Origin: an uncultured Anaerolineales bacterium
GTDB lineage: Bacteria; Chloroflexota; Anaerolineae; UBA7937; B3-Chlor
DNA length: 64,000 nt
Assembly (NCBI GenBank): GCA_964347945.1
Contig: CAYGAW010000109.1
Span: 752-64,751 of the forward strand
Direction: 5' to 3'
Of the stretch, positions 1 through 9,582 are shown one piece after another. The notes beneath the pieces were generated by a model. It was not told the origin of the DNA. It did not search any database and saw only the letters and a program-made list of their open reading frames with translations. The position numbers and the translations under genes were made by a program. Each line of letters opens with the position of its first letter. Positions within the stretch are counted from its first letter, which is position 1.

Positions 1-1
1 G

Positions 2-97
2 GAGTTGACGGGGAATTTTGAGCTGGAGCTCGACAGGAACCTGGCGGGAGTGAGGGCGGTCATGGAGTCGGTGGACGAGATAGTCTCCTCTCGGTGA
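2..97 (+). CDS. 3' end of an upstream gene of unknown function (partial; reads ...ELTGNFELELDRNLAGVRAVMESVDEIVSSR*)
   Basis: An open frame enters from the window edge and stops at TGA 95-97. That stop overlaps a possible GTG start of era at 94 (GTGA). No recognisable motif. Confidence 0.3.
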   Translation, partial: ELTGNFELELDRNLAGVRAVMESVDEIVSSR

Positions 98-135
98 GGA
101 GAGGGCACGATGTACTCGTTTGCGGAAAGTGTGAC

Positions 136-1068
136 ATGGAGCTAGTACCAGCGGAACAACTTCCTGAGGACTACCGCTCGGGTTTCGTGGCTGTCATGGG
201 CAGGCCCAACGTGGGGAAGTCGACTCTGATCAATGGCTACGTGGGGCAAAAGGTGGCGATCGTGTCCCCCAAGCCCCAGACTACGCGTCGACGGCTGCGG
301 GGCATACTCACGTTGCCCCAGGCGCAGATTGTGTTCATTGACACGCCAGGCATCCACGAGCCCCGCCACAAACTGGGAGAATACATGGTCGAGGCGGCTG
401 TGAGAGCCATACCTGACGGCGATGTCGTGTTGTTCGTGGTGGATGTCTCGGTGCCACCGCGGGCCGAAGACGTACAACTGGCCCGATTAATAAAGGAACG
501 AGCCGCCGGGCCCTGCATCTTGGTGATGAACAAGGTTGACCTCCTATCGATGGAGAAAGAAGAGGAGCGTCGACAAGCTCACCTCTCCCTGGCGGACTGC
601 GAAGAGTCGATCATGTTCTCTGCCACCGAGGGACACAATCGCGACGAGCTACTCAATCTCATCATCCAGCGCTTGCCGTTGGGGCCACAGCTCTATCCCC
701 CGGATCAGATTACGGACCAGCCGTTACGTTTCATGGCTGCGGAACTCATTCGTGAACAGGTGTTGCACTCCCTGTATCACGAAGTGCCACACTGGGTGGC
801 TGTGGTGATCGAGGAGTTCGAGGAGCGACGCGAGGATCTGACGTACATCGAGGCCACAGTGTACGTGGCCAAGGACAGCCAGAAAGGGATTGTCATCGGC
901 GCGGGGGGCAAGATGCTCAAGCGCATCGGACAGGCCGCCCGAAAGGAGATGGAGCGCCTCTTGGGCACGAAGGTCTACCTGGAGCTGTGGGTCAAGGTCC
1001 GGAAACGATGGCTCTATGACGAGGCCGCATTGCGCCACCTTGGGTTTGTGCTGCCCAAGAAGGGATGA
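136..1068 (+). CDS. era: GTPase Era
   Basis: G1 motif GRPNVGKST, G2/G3 motifs (TTRRR, DTPG), NKVD, and a C-terminal KH domain (VYVAKDSQKGIVIGAGGKMLKRIG). ATG at 136 gives a typical N-terminal length. The track ORF starts at an overlapping GTG at 94, which is the alternative. Confidence 0.9.
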   Translation: MELVPAEQLPEDYRSGFVAVMGRPNVGKSTLINGYVGQKVAIVSPKPQTTRRRLRGILTLPQAQIVFIDTPGIHEPRHKLGEYMVEAAVRAIPDGDVVLFVVDVSVPPRAEDVQLARLIKERAAGPCILVMNKVDLLSMEKEEERRQAHLSLADCEESIMFSATEGHNRDELLNLIIQRLPLGPQLYPPDQITDQPLRFMAAELIREQVLHSLYHEVPHWVAVVIEEFEERREDLTYIEATVYVAKDSQKGIVIGAGGKMLKRIGQAARKEMERLLGTKVYLELWVKVRKRWLYDEAALRHLGFVLPKKG

Positions 1069-1136
1069 CGGCCCGGCGGGCCAAAGATCGCCTCCGCGCT
1101 CGCACGAGCCGGGGTCTGGCCAGGGGAAAAGCTGAG

Positions 1137-1145
1137 TGGTATAAT
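1137..1145 (+). promoter_or_regulatory. Extended -10 promoter element TGgTATAAT upstream of the DUF3795-like gene
   Basis: Read directly: gagTGgTATAATcgc, about 80 nt upstream of the ATG at 1226. No good -35, but TGn-extended -10 promoters do not need one. Confidence 0.4.
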
Positions 1146-1225
1146 CGCTGCCCAGGGCAACCGTACTACCGGAGGGGGAACGACTCCAATGGGCGTCATG
1201 ATCGGTCGACAACGGGCGGAATGAC

Positions 1226-1576
1226 ATGGCCCAGAAGATCGCAGCTTGTGGGTTGGACTGTGTCCAATGTGACATACGGCAGGCCAGAGACGATCCGGCG
1301 CTAGCCCAGGAGATCATCGAATGGTTCAAGAGGGAGTTGGACGTAGAGGTCAAGCGGGAGGATCTTCGCTGCGACTGGTGCAAGGGGGATAGAGCCAACC
1401 ATTGGTCCCCTGAGTGCTGGATACTGGAGTGCTGCGTGGATGACAAAGGACTGGAGTTCTGCTATCAGTGCGGGGATTTCCCGTGCCAGGAACTGAGCGA
1501 CTGGGCGAAGAAGAGCCAGAAATACCATGACGCGTTCGAGAGGCTTTGGAAGATGAGCGCAACAGGAGAGGCTTAG
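1226..1576 (+). CDS. Cysteine-rich DUF3795-like protein (putative metal-binding)
   Basis: 116 aa with 12 Cys in a CGLDCxxCD ... CDWCKG ... CxxCGDFPC arrangement typical of the DUF3795 family. Confidence 0.6.
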   Translation: MAQKIAACGLDCVQCDIRQARDDPALAQEIIEWFKRELDVEVKREDLRCDWCKGDRANHWSPECWILECCVDDKGLEFCYQCGDFPCQELSDWAKKSQKYHDAFERLWKMSATGEA

Positions 1577-1580
1577 GGGG

Positions 1581-2159
1581 ATGAGTGTAACGCGAGAGGA
1601 TGCATGGCAACTGGTGAACGAGTTCACCGAGAATCAGAACCTCGTCCGGCACATGTTGGCAGTGGAGGCCGCGATGTTGGCCTATGCCCGCAAGTTTGGG
1701 GAGGATGAGGAGCTGTGGGGCATAGTGGGATTGATCCACGACTTCGACTACGAACAGAATCCCGATCTCACTGTTGAAGGGCATCCCGTCACCGGTGCCA
1801 AGATACTACGGGAGAGGGAGTGGCCGGAAGAGATAGTGAGGGCGGTCCTGTCTCATGCTAGCGAATACACAGGCGTGCCTCGCGAAACACTGATGGAAAA
1901 GGCGCTCTACGCGGTCGATGACTTGACGGGCCTCTTGGTGGCGGTGGCTCTTGTGCGGCCCAGCAAGGACATTCGCGACGTCAAGCTGAAGTCCGTGCGC
2001 AAGAAGTGGAAGGACAAGGCCTTTGCGGCAGCAGTCAATCGTGAGGAGATTGAGAAAGCCGCCTCCGACCTGGAAGTTGACCTGAGCGAGCACATCCAGA
2101 CTGTGCTCGACGCCATGAAGGAGATCGCTCCCGAACTAGCTTTGGCCGGGCAGGCGTAG
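1581..2159 (+). CDS. HD-domain metal-dependent phosphohydrolase
   Basis: H...HD motif (LVRHMLAVEAAM...GLIHDFDY) plus a downstream His/Asp. RBS aggagagg precedes it. The start overlaps the previous gene's stop. Confidence 0.7.
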   Translation: MSVTREDAWQLVNEFTENQNLVRHMLAVEAAMLAYARKFGEDEELWGIVGLIHDFDYEQNPDLTVEGHPVTGAKILREREWPEEIVRAVLSHASEYTGVPRETLMEKALYAVDDLTGLLVAVALVRPSKDIRDVKLKSVRKKWKDKAFAAAVNREEIEKAASDLEVDLSEHIQTVLDAMKEIAPELALAGQA

Positions 2160-2161
2160 GC

Positions 2162-3610
2162 TCAACCCTTGATGACGCCGATGGGAATCAGCTTCGCTAC
2201 CTTGAGGGCCAGCCCTGCTCCGTCGACCACATCGACTACTCGCTCAACATCTTTGTAGGCTTGTGGGGCCTCTTCTGCGAAGCCTGCCATGCTGCCAGCC
2301 TTGACGGCGATCCCCTGCCGCCGCATTTCTCGCATCAGATCTTCGCCCCAGATCTTCTTCTTGGCCGCCTTGCGGCTGAGCACCCGACCCGCTCCGTGGG
2401 ACGTAGAGCCAAAGGTCAAGTCGAGGGCTTTGTCCGTGCCCACAAGGACATACGAAGCGGTCCCCATGCTGCCCGGTACGAGAACCGGCTGCCCGACACC
2501 CTGGTAGACCTGGGGTAGCTCATTGGAGCTCGGGCCAAAGGCGCGCGTGGCTCCCTTACGGTGCACGACCAACTTTGCGCGCTTGCCATCGATTGTATAA
2601 TGCTCCACTTTGCCGATGTTGTGAGCCACATCATAGACCTGCGTCAATGCCCACGAAGGGACCTTTCCTGCCAAGACTTCCTCAAACGCACGACGCACCC
2701 AGTGGGCAATTACGTGGCGGTTGGTCCAGGCGAAGTTGGCCGATGCCGCCATGGCACCGAAGTAGTCCTGCCCCTCTGGTGACTCAAAGGGAGCGCAAAC
2801 CAACTCGCGGTCCGGAAGCTCTATGCCGTACTTCCGGACTGCTTTCTGCAGCAGCCTGACGTAGTCGCTGCACACCTGATGACCGAGGCCACGGGAGCCA
2901 CAATGGATCTGCACGGCGATGAAGCCCTGACGCAGCCCGAAGATCTCGGCAACTTCTTCGTCGTACACCTCCGTGACCTCGTCGATCTCCAGAAAGTGGT
3001 TCCCAGATCCGAGGGAGCCCAGTTGCTTCAAGCCTCGGTCCTTGGCCTTCTGGCTGACCGCAGAGGCATCGGCACCGGGCATGCACCCGCGCTCCTCGGT
3101 GCGCTCGAGGTCTTGCTTCGTCCCATAGCCTTTTGCCACCGCCCAGGAGACTCCCTGATCCAGGACTCTGTCGAGATCCTTCTTTGAGATCTTGATTCCG
3201 CCTTTGCCCAGCCCGGTCGGCACAAGTCGATACATCGCCTGGACTAGGTCTTCGACATACGGGTTCACGGCTTCTCGTTCGATGTCCGAGACCAGCACCC
3301 GTACACCGCAGTTGATATCATAACCTATGCCGCCCGGTGATATGACCCCGTCGGGCGGCTTGGTCGCTGCCACGCCGCCGATGGGAAAACCGTACCCTTG
3401 ATGGATGTCCGGCATGGCCAGCGTGTACTTCACGACACCCGGTAGAGTGGTGGTGTTGACCAGTTGCTCGACGGAGCGATCGGTCAGCGCGGCTTCCAGA
3501 AGCTCATTATCGGCGTAGATTCGTGCCGAGACCCGCATGTCATCTCTATGGCTGGCCGGTATCTCGTAAAGGTACTTGTCCAGCTTCTTGAAGTCTTTCT
3601 TCTGGATCAT
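2162..3610 (-). CDS. rtcB: RNA-splicing ligase RtcB (3'-phosphate/5'-OH RNA ligase)
   Basis: N-terminus MIQKKDFKKLDKYLYEI, then GGIGYDINCG, HNIGKVE and HGAGR motifs. The track ORF extends upstream, but an internal ATG at 3610 gives the canonical 483 aa. Confidence 0.93.
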   Translation of the reverse strand: MIQKKDFKKLDKYLYEIPASHRDDMRVSARIYADNELLEAALTDRSVEQLVNTTTLPGVVKYTLAMPDIHQGYGFPIGGVAATKPPDGVISPGGIGYDINCGVRVLVSDIEREAVNPYVEDLVQAMYRLVPTGLGKGGIKISKKDLDRVLDQGVSWAVAKGYGTKQDLERTEERGCMPGADASAVSQKAKDRGLKQLGSLGSGNHFLEIDEVTEVYDEEVAEIFGLRQGFIAVQIHCGSRGLGHQVCSDYVRLLQKAVRKYGIELPDRELVCAPFESPEGQDYFGAMAASANFAWTNRHVIAHWVRRAFEEVLAGKVPSWALTQVYDVAHNIGKVEHYTIDGKRAKLVVHRKGATRAFGPSSNELPQVYQGVGQPVLVPGSMGTASYVLVGTDKALDLTFGSTSHGAGRVLSRKAAKKKIWGEDLMREMRRQGIAVKAGSMAGFAEEAPQAYKDVERVVDVVDGAGLALKVAKLIPIGVIKG

Positions 3611-3708
3611 GCTGAAGCTCTCCTTGTCTGGGGGAGTAGCCCGAAGACGCGCCGTGCGGACTGCGGCAACGTGCTCACTCCGTTCCGTAGGCCACGGCCA
3701 GGCCCAAC

Positions 3709-4005
3709 CTACAGTTCTTCCACAATCTCCTGGAATTCGGAGAAGGGGATGGCCGTCAAGGTCTGTGTGCTGGCTGCACCAAACGAGCTGGCGAGGAGGG
3801 CAACCTTGGCCGCCTCCCGTGCGTCGGCCGCCTCGAAGATGTGCAGGAAATCGTAGGCGCCGAGTAACGCGTAGCTCGCGACTCTCTTCACACCGGGACA
3901 CTGGCGCTCAAGTTCGGCTTCGAATTCCTTGTCCGTCTCCACAAGTGACTTGACCTGGGTGGCACCTCCAGAAGAGATCTTGGACAGGAGAATGAATGTC
4001 GGCAT
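3709..4005 (-). CDS. GYD-domain protein
   Basis: 98 aa. MPTFILLSKISSGG...LLGAYDFLHIFEAADAREAAKVALLASSFG matches the GYD family pattern (MPTYLML...GRYDLVAIVEAPD). Confidence 0.7.
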   Translation of the reverse strand: MPTFILLSKISSGGATQVKSLVETDKEFEAELERQCPGVKRVASYALLGAYDFLHIFEAADAREAAKVALLASSFGAASTQTLTAIPFSEFQEIVEEL

Positions 4006-4043
4006 CTCTCAACCTCCCTGCCTTCTCTGACTGCCCGACCGCG

Positions 4044-4463
4044 CTAGGTGTCAAACACCACGGTGGCTGTGTATCCCTCTGCTGTCTTCTCAATGTTTAG
4101 ATCGTTGAACGTCACTGCCTTGATCACCGTCTTGGAGGCCCATCGATCTGTTCCCTGTACGATAGCCTCCAATGTCGTGGGCGATGCCTCAAGCATCTCG
4201 ATCTTCGTATAGACAACACCATCTATCTCGTGAAGGTATAGAAGTTCGCTCAGCCAGTCGACCAGCAGGGTCTCATCATCCATAGCACGCAACGATATCT
4301 CTCTCCATGGCGATGATGGGCTGTCCTCCGCGTCGGCTATCAGCCAGAACATGCCGTGGGCAGCGTTGACCAAGAACTCGCTCCAGTCGACGCCATGGAC
4401 CCTCAGAGCAGCGTCAGCCACATGTTCCAACTCTTCGAATGGCTTGGGAGCCGAGTTCTTCAT
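4044..4463 (-). CDS. Archease (RtcB activator)
   Basis: Near-N-terminal FExxEHxAD motif (FEELEHVADAALRV) and a 139-aa archease-like length and pattern. The start overlaps the ribF stop by 4 nt. Confidence 0.8.
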   Translation of the reverse strand: MKNSAPKPFEELEHVADAALRVHGVDWSEFLVNAAHGMFWLIADAEDSPSSPWREISLRAMDDETLLVDWLSELLYLHEIDGVVYTKIEMLEASPTTLEAIVQGTDRWASKTVIKAVTFNDLNIEKTAEGYTATVVFDT

Positions 4464-5392
4464 GGCTCCAGTTCCCGAAACAGGCGTCGGGTCGCAGCCA
4501 CGTCTTGCTTCATCTGCGCTGTCAGTGCATCGACGCTCTCGAAGCGACGCTCAGGCCGCAGTCGCTCAACGAAATGAATCTGCAAGGTTTCGCCGTACAA
4601 GTCACCAGCGAAATCGAGAACGTGAGCCTCAACAATGCGCTCCCCACGATCGTCAAAGGTGGGGCGCACCCCCACGTTGACCACCCCCTGATGGTTGGCA
4701 GTGCCCCAGCGCACGTGGACAGCGTATATGCCATCGGCAGGAATCATCATTCTCTGGTCGACTGCGAGATTGGCGGTCGGGAATCCCAGTTGGTGCCCTC
4801 TCCGAGCACCGCTCACCACTTTTCCCCTCAGCGATGGATAGCGTCCGAGAAAGTGGCTCGCTTCACTCACTTTTCCTTCACGCAGCAGGGCGCGGATGGC
4901 ACTGCTGCTTATCACCTGGCCTTGATGAGTAAGTGGCTCCAGGGCGTGCACGCGGAAGCCCAACTCCTGTCCCAGAGCCGTCAAGTAGGCTGCATCTCCT
5001 TCTCTCGCCCGGCCCAGGGCGAAGTCGGGTCCCGTCCATAGCTCTTTCATGCGCAACTGCTGCAACAGCGAGAGGACGAAATCCCGGGCCGATGTCTCGG
5101 ACAGTTCCTTTGTGAAAGTGAGAGCCAAAACGAAATCGAGGCCCAACTCGCTCAGCAGATCCAGTTTCTCTTCAAATGTGGTCAGGTAGCGAATGTCTCT
5201 GCCAGGGCTCAGCAGTTCGTCGGGATGACGGTCAAAGGTGAGCACACCTGCGAGCAAGGCGCTCGCTCTGGCGTTCTCGACCAGCTTGTCTATCAAATGG
5301 CGATGGCCCAGATGCACCCCGTCGAAGACACCGATGCACAGCGCAGACGGTTTCTCGAGAGCCGCCTCTGCCAGTTCACGCATTAGCTTCAT
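4460..5392 (-). CDS. ribF: Bifunctional riboflavin kinase / FMN adenylyltransferase
   Basis: ALCIGVFDGVHLGHRHLI (FAD-synthetase HxGH motif) and a C-terminal riboflavin kinase domain (PTANL...G.Y). The internal ATG (MKLMREL) gives 311 aa. Confidence 0.9.
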   Translation of the reverse strand: MKLMRELAEAALEKPSALCIGVFDGVHLGHRHLIDKLVENARASALLAGVLTFDRHPDELLSPGRDIRYLTTFEEKLDLLSELGLDFVLALTFTKELSETSARDFVLSLLQQLRMKELWTGPDFALGRAREGDAAYLTALGQELGFRVHALEPLTHQGQVISSSAIRALLREGKVSEASHFLGRYPSLRGKVVSGARRGHQLGFPTANLAVDQRMMIPADGIYAVHVRWGTANHQGVVNVGVRPTFDDRGERIVEAHVLDFAGDLYGETLQIHFVERLRPERRFESVDALTAQMKQDVAATRRLFRELEP

Positions 5393-6374
5393 AGAGGTTG
5401 AACACCTTTCTCGGCTGCCAGAGCTTTCGTTCCTCTTCGTATCGGAGCAAAGCGACGAACCTACCCGAGGACGAATAGGCGCGACAGAAGGGACCGTCCA
5501 GCGGGTCCAAACCCGTGACCCCCTGGCCCTGTCTGATCCTCGTCTCCGTTTCTGGACCGACCACGACCGCTTCGAAATGAAGAAGGGCTTCATCGAGGGG
5601 ATGCAGGATACGAGGCCAGCGTCCATTGGCGAAGCACTCCTCCGCAGCGCTCAAGGGTATTGCGTCGTCCAAGGTGAAGGCACCGCTGGCCAGACGGACG
5701 AGGCCCTGCAAGTGAGCGCCGGGACCCAGTGTCTCTCCCAGATCCCTGGCCAAGGCCCGAATATAGGTACCCTTGGAGCATTCTACGCGCAGTCTCAGAG
5801 AAGGAGGCGTCCAATCAGTTAGTTCAAGGCCATAGATCTCCACCAGCCTGGGGCTTCGTTCCACCTCGATACCTCGACGAGCGAGTTCGTAGAGGGCCGT
5901 TCCTTTGTGTTTGAGCGCGGAGTGCATGGGCGGTATCTGCTGGATGCGGCCACGAAATTGAATGAGTGTGTGCTCGATCTGCTCGCGGGAGATGGCTACC
6001 TCAGTCGTCTGGCGGATGACCTTGCCTTCGCTATCACCGGTATCGGTGCTAATGCCCAAGCGAATCCGGGCATCGTATTCCTTCGTGCCTTCCATCAGAA
6101 ACTCGGTGACTCGCGTGGCCTGGCCCAGGCAAACGAGCAGCACGCCAGAGGCCGCCGGATCCAGTGTGCCCGCGTGGCCGACACGTCTCGTGCCCGAGGC
6201 TCGACGAATCCTATCTACGACGTCGTGGGAGGTGATCCCCAAAGGTTTGTCGATGTTCAGGATGCCGGCGAAAGCGCTCTTCCTCGGTTTGTCGTCGGTC
6301 ACAGATGGTGATTCCGGCCCACCTTCGCAGGCGAAACAGAATTCTCTGATCGTGCCACCGCGCTGCATCGTCAT
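5376..6374 (-). CDS. truB: tRNA pseudouridine(55) synthase TruB
   Basis: GILNIDKPLGITSHDVV...GHAGTLDP catalytic-Asp motif and a C-terminal PUA-like region. The N-terminus may be shorter than the track ORF. Confidence 0.88.
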   Translation of the reverse strand: MTMQRGGTIREFCFACEGGPESPSVTDDKPRKSAFAGILNIDKPLGITSHDVVDRIRRASGTRRVGHAGTLDPAASGVLLVCLGQATRVTEFLMEGTKEYDARIRLGISTDTGDSEGKVIRQTTEVAISREQIEHTLIQFRGRIQQIPPMHSALKHKGTALYELARRGIEVERSPRLVEIYGLELTDWTPPSLRLRVECSKGTYIRALARDLGETLGPGAHLQGLVRLASGAFTLDDAIPLSAAEECFANGRWPRILHPLDEALLHFEAVVVGPETETRIRQGQGVTGLDPLDGPFCRAYSSSGRFVALLRYEEERKLWQPRKVFNLYEANA

Positions 6375-6400
6375 CCGCGTCCGGTCCTGGCTTAGCGTAC

Positions 6401-7357
6401 CTAGGCGTTCGAATCCAATACCTCCTTGGCCTTGGAGAGCACGTCGCGTGCAACCTGGTCAAGATCTCCCTCCACTAAGGCGCCCGCGGCCTGGGGGTGC
6501 CCCCCACCTCCGAAGTGAACAGCGATCGGCGAGATGTCCACGCCCGGTCTGGATCTGATGCTGACGTCTATCTGCCCGTTTTTCATCTCCTTGAAGACTA
6601 TCGCCGCCTTCGCATCACGGGCTGTGGCCAGCAGGTTCACGATGCCGTCACCATCGTCCGAGCTAGCTTCGCACTCGGTCTTCATGTCCAGTGTATTGAA
6701 GGACCAAACGAGATGTCCATCCATCTGCATCTCATCGAGCATTCTGCCCCACAGGCGCAGCGTGGCTAGCCTGCGCTGCCTGAAGTAGTTCTCATTGATC
6801 TCTATGAGCGACGCGCCTGCCTTCATCAATTGGGCAGAGATCTCCAAAGTGCGAGGTGTGGTGCTTGAAGTGCTGAAAGATCGGGTGTCTGTGACGATTC
6901 CCGTCAGCAAGTATGTGGCCAAGAGGGCATCCACGCGGATCTCCCAGTCTAGCAACAAGTCGAAGATGATCTCCGCAGTGGCCGCTGCCTCTGTTCGCAC
7001 GAGGTTGACAGTCGCAAACATGGGGTTAGTCACATGGTGGTCAATGTTCACAGTCGTCGTATCCAGGGACGGCACATGCTGATAGGCATTGCCGAGACGG
7101 TCTGGGTCACTGACATCCACGGTAATGATCAGGTCCTCTCCGGTGATCTGTGGCGTCCCGAACGCCTCTGTTCCAGGCAAGAAAAGGAGTGCCTCCGGCA
7201 CCAGGTCGTCGCAAGCCACGCTGCACTCTTTGCCCATCTTCCTCAGGACGCGAGCCAGTGCCAGCGTAGAGCCGATGGTATCTCCATCGGGATCCACATG
7301 GGCGATGAGGAAGATACGTTGGGCACAGTCAATCAACTTCCGTAGTTGCTCACTCAC
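6401..7357 (-). CDS. nrnA: DHH/DHHA1 phosphoesterase (NrnA-like oligoribonuclease / pAp phosphatase)
   Basis: HVDPDGDTIGS (DHH motif), a DHH signature and C-terminal GGGHPQAAGA (DHHA1). Confidence 0.85.
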   Translation of the reverse strand: MSEQLRKLIDCAQRIFLIAHVDPDGDTIGSTLALARVLRKMGKECSVACDDLVPEALLFLPGTEAFGTPQITGEDLIITVDVSDPDRLGNAYQHVPSLDTTTVNIDHHVTNPMFATVNLVRTEAAATAEIIFDLLLDWEIRVDALLATYLLTGIVTDTRSFSTSSTTPRTLEISAQLMKAGASLIEINENYFRQRRLATLRLWGRMLDEMQMDGHLVWSFNTLDMKTECEASSDDGDGIVNLLATARDAKAAIVFKEMKNGQIDVSIRSRPGVDISPIAVHFGGGGHPQAAGALVEGDLDQVARDVLSKAKEVLDSNA

Positions 7358-7740
7358 TCTTCACCCTGCTCCCCGGAGTTGTCTATGTCCTGCAGTATTC
7401 TGTCTATGCGCAGACCGTGCTCTACGGAGCGGTCCAGGCGGAAACTCAGCTCCGGGACATAACGCAGGTACACCATCTGTCCCAGTTGTCGACGCAGGTA
7501 TCCGGCGGCCTTCTTCAGAGCGCTCAGCCCCTCTTCTTGCTGTTCGGAATCCCCCAGAAAGGTCACGTAGATGTGAGCCTGACGCAGGTCAGAAGAGGTC
7601 TCTACATCCGTGATGGTTACGAAGTCGAGTCTCGGGTCCGCGACTTCTTTTTGCAGTAATTCACCTAGTGCTTCCCTGATCAGTGCACTCACTCTTCTCT
7701 GTCTACGAGTAACCATAGATCTCCCAACCTGCTCCGCCAC
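7354..7740 (-). CDS. rbfA: Ribosome-binding factor A
   Basis: RRVSALIREALGELL...DPRLDFVTITDVE... is typical RbfA. Overlaps the nrnA start by 4 nt. Confidence 0.88.
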   Translation of the reverse strand: MAEQVGRSMVTRRQRRVSALIREALGELLQKEVADPRLDFVTITDVETSSDLRQAHIYVTFLGDSEQQEEGLSALKKAAGYLRRQLGQMVYLRYVPELSFRLDRSVEHGLRIDRILQDIDNSGEQGEE

Positions 7741-7779
7741 CCAGAGATGATTTGTGGGACTCTGAGCGCTGGAGCGAAC

Positions 7780-9582
7780 TCAGGCGACTCGTTCTCTCTT
7801 GTACACCTCCAGGATGTCTCCATCCTCGAAGTCCGTGAAGTTATCCAACCCCACCCCGCACTCAAGACCCTCTGTCACCTCATTGACATCTTCGGTGAAG
7901 CGCCTCAAGGAGTTGATGGTTCCGTCGTATATCTCTTCGCTGTCACGGAGGACTCTGACCTGAGCGTTCCGCTTGACGGTGCCATCCTCCACGTACACAC
8001 CTGCAACTCGACCTATCCTTGAGGCGCGGAACGTAGCTCTGACTTCTGCGTGGCCCAGAATAACCTCTTCATAGACTGGCTCCAGAAGCCCTTTGAGGGC
8101 CTTGTCGACATCTTCGATGAGTCGGTAGATGACTGTGTAGTAACGAATCTGGATGCCCTCGACTTCCGCCATGGTGCGGGCGGCAGGTTCGGCTTGGACA
8201 TTGAAGCCGATGACTATAGCTTGTGAAGCCACAGCCAGACTGATGTCTGACTCGGTAATGTTGCCTACTCCCTGGTGTATAATCCGCACTTTGAGATCCT
8301 CGTCGCCCAATTCCTCCAGTGAATTGGCGACCGGCTCCAGCGTGCCCTGTACGTCAGCCTTCAGGATGACATTGAGCTCCTTGACTGTGCCGGCCTGCAT
8401 CTGAGCGTAGATCTCGTCAAGGCTCAGAGCCCTCGCAGGCGCTTGCTCGTCTGCTCGTATCTGCTCCGCGCGCTCTTCGGCTTGAGCTCGCGCGGTCTTC
8501 TCATCCTCCACCACTCTGAATGTGTCACCTGGCTGCGGCGCATCGGAGAGCCCCAGTACCACCACGGGAACGGAGGGCGGTGCGGCCTTCACCCTCTTGC
8601 CAGCGTCGTCGAACATGGCTCGGATGCGTCCATAGATGCCCCCTATCACGACATGGTCCCCGACACGAAGTGTGCCATTCTGGATCAGCAAAGTGGCTGT
8701 GGGGCCTCTGCTCCTATCGAGTTTGCCTTCGAGGACCGTTCCAGCTGCTGGACGATCGGGATTGCCCCTCAGGTCAGACATCTCCGCCACCAAAAGGATC
8801 ATTTCCAGGAGAGTATCTATTGCCGTCCCCTCCTTGGCTGAAACGGGAACGGCGATTGTCTTGCCTCCCCAGTCCTCGACCGTCAACCCGACATCGGCCA
8901 GCTGCTTCTTGACCGCGTCGACATCGGCGCTGGCCATGTCGATTTTGTTGATGGCCACCACTATGGGCACATTGGCAGCTCTAGCGTGATCGATGGCTTC
9001 CCTGGTCTGAGGCATGACGCCGTCATCGGCTGCCACGACTAGGACCGCGATATCAGTCACTTGAGCTCCCCGAGCGCGCATGGCTGTGAAAGCCTCGTGA
9101 CCAGGTGTGTCTATGAACGTGATCTTCTTGCCGTTTCGCTCAACCTGATAGGCACCGGTGTGCTGGGTGATCCCGCCCGCCTCACCGGCCACCACATTGG
9201 TGTGCCTGATGTAGTCCAGTAGAGAGGTCTTGCCATGATTGACATGACCCAGGACTGTGACGACAGGCGCCCTAGGCTTCATGTCTTCTGGCGCCTCGTC
9301 GGCGTAGATCTCCTTGACGGGTGCTTCCTCAGGGAGGGCCGGCGCCTCGGGAGGGGATGGAACTTCTTCAACCTTTTCGAGGATTTCCTGCTGTATCTCG
9401 AAGCCCAGATCGGTCGCCACGACGGCTGCTGTGTCGTAGTCGACGGTTTGATTGATGTTCGCCATAATTCCGCTGCTGATGAGCAGCTTCATGACTTCTA
9501 TGGGGCTGACTTCGAGCAAATCGGCCAAGTCTCTGACAGAGAGCTTGTCCGGTATGCTAACTACCTTCTTTTCCCCTGCCAT
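7780..9582 (-). CDS. infB: Translation initiation factor IF-2
   Basis: GHVNHGKTSLLD, DTPGHEAF and NKID G-domain motifs with the IF-2 domain architecture. The start is taken at the internal ATG (MAGEKKVVSIPDKLSVRDLADLL) preceded by GGAG; this is 600 aa, a short-form IF-2. Confidence 0.93.
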   Translation of the reverse strand: MAGEKKVVSIPDKLSVRDLADLLEVSPIEVMKLLISSGIMANINQTVDYDTAAVVATDLGFEIQQEILEKVEEVPSPPEAPALPEEAPVKEIYADEAPEDMKPRAPVVTVLGHVNHGKTSLLDYIRHTNVVAGEAGGITQHTGAYQVERNGKKITFIDTPGHEAFTAMRARGAQVTDIAVLVVAADDGVMPQTREAIDHARAANVPIVVAINKIDMASADVDAVKKQLADVGLTVEDWGGKTIAVPVSAKEGTAIDTLLEMILLVAEMSDLRGNPDRPAAGTVLEGKLDRSRGPTATLLIQNGTLRVGDHVVIGGIYGRIRAMFDDAGKRVKAAPPSVPVVVLGLSDAPQPGDTFRVVEDEKTARAQAEERAEQIRADEQAPARALSLDEIYAQMQAGTVKELNVILKADVQGTLEPVANSLEELGDEDLKVRIIHQGVGNITESDISLAVASQAIVIGFNVQAEPAARTMAEVEGIQIRYYTVIYRLIEDVDKALKGLLEPVYEEVILGHAEVRATFRASRIGRVAGVYVEDGTVKRNAQVRVLRDSEEIYDGTINSLRRFTEDVNEVTEGLECGVGLDNFTDFEDGDILEVYKRERVA

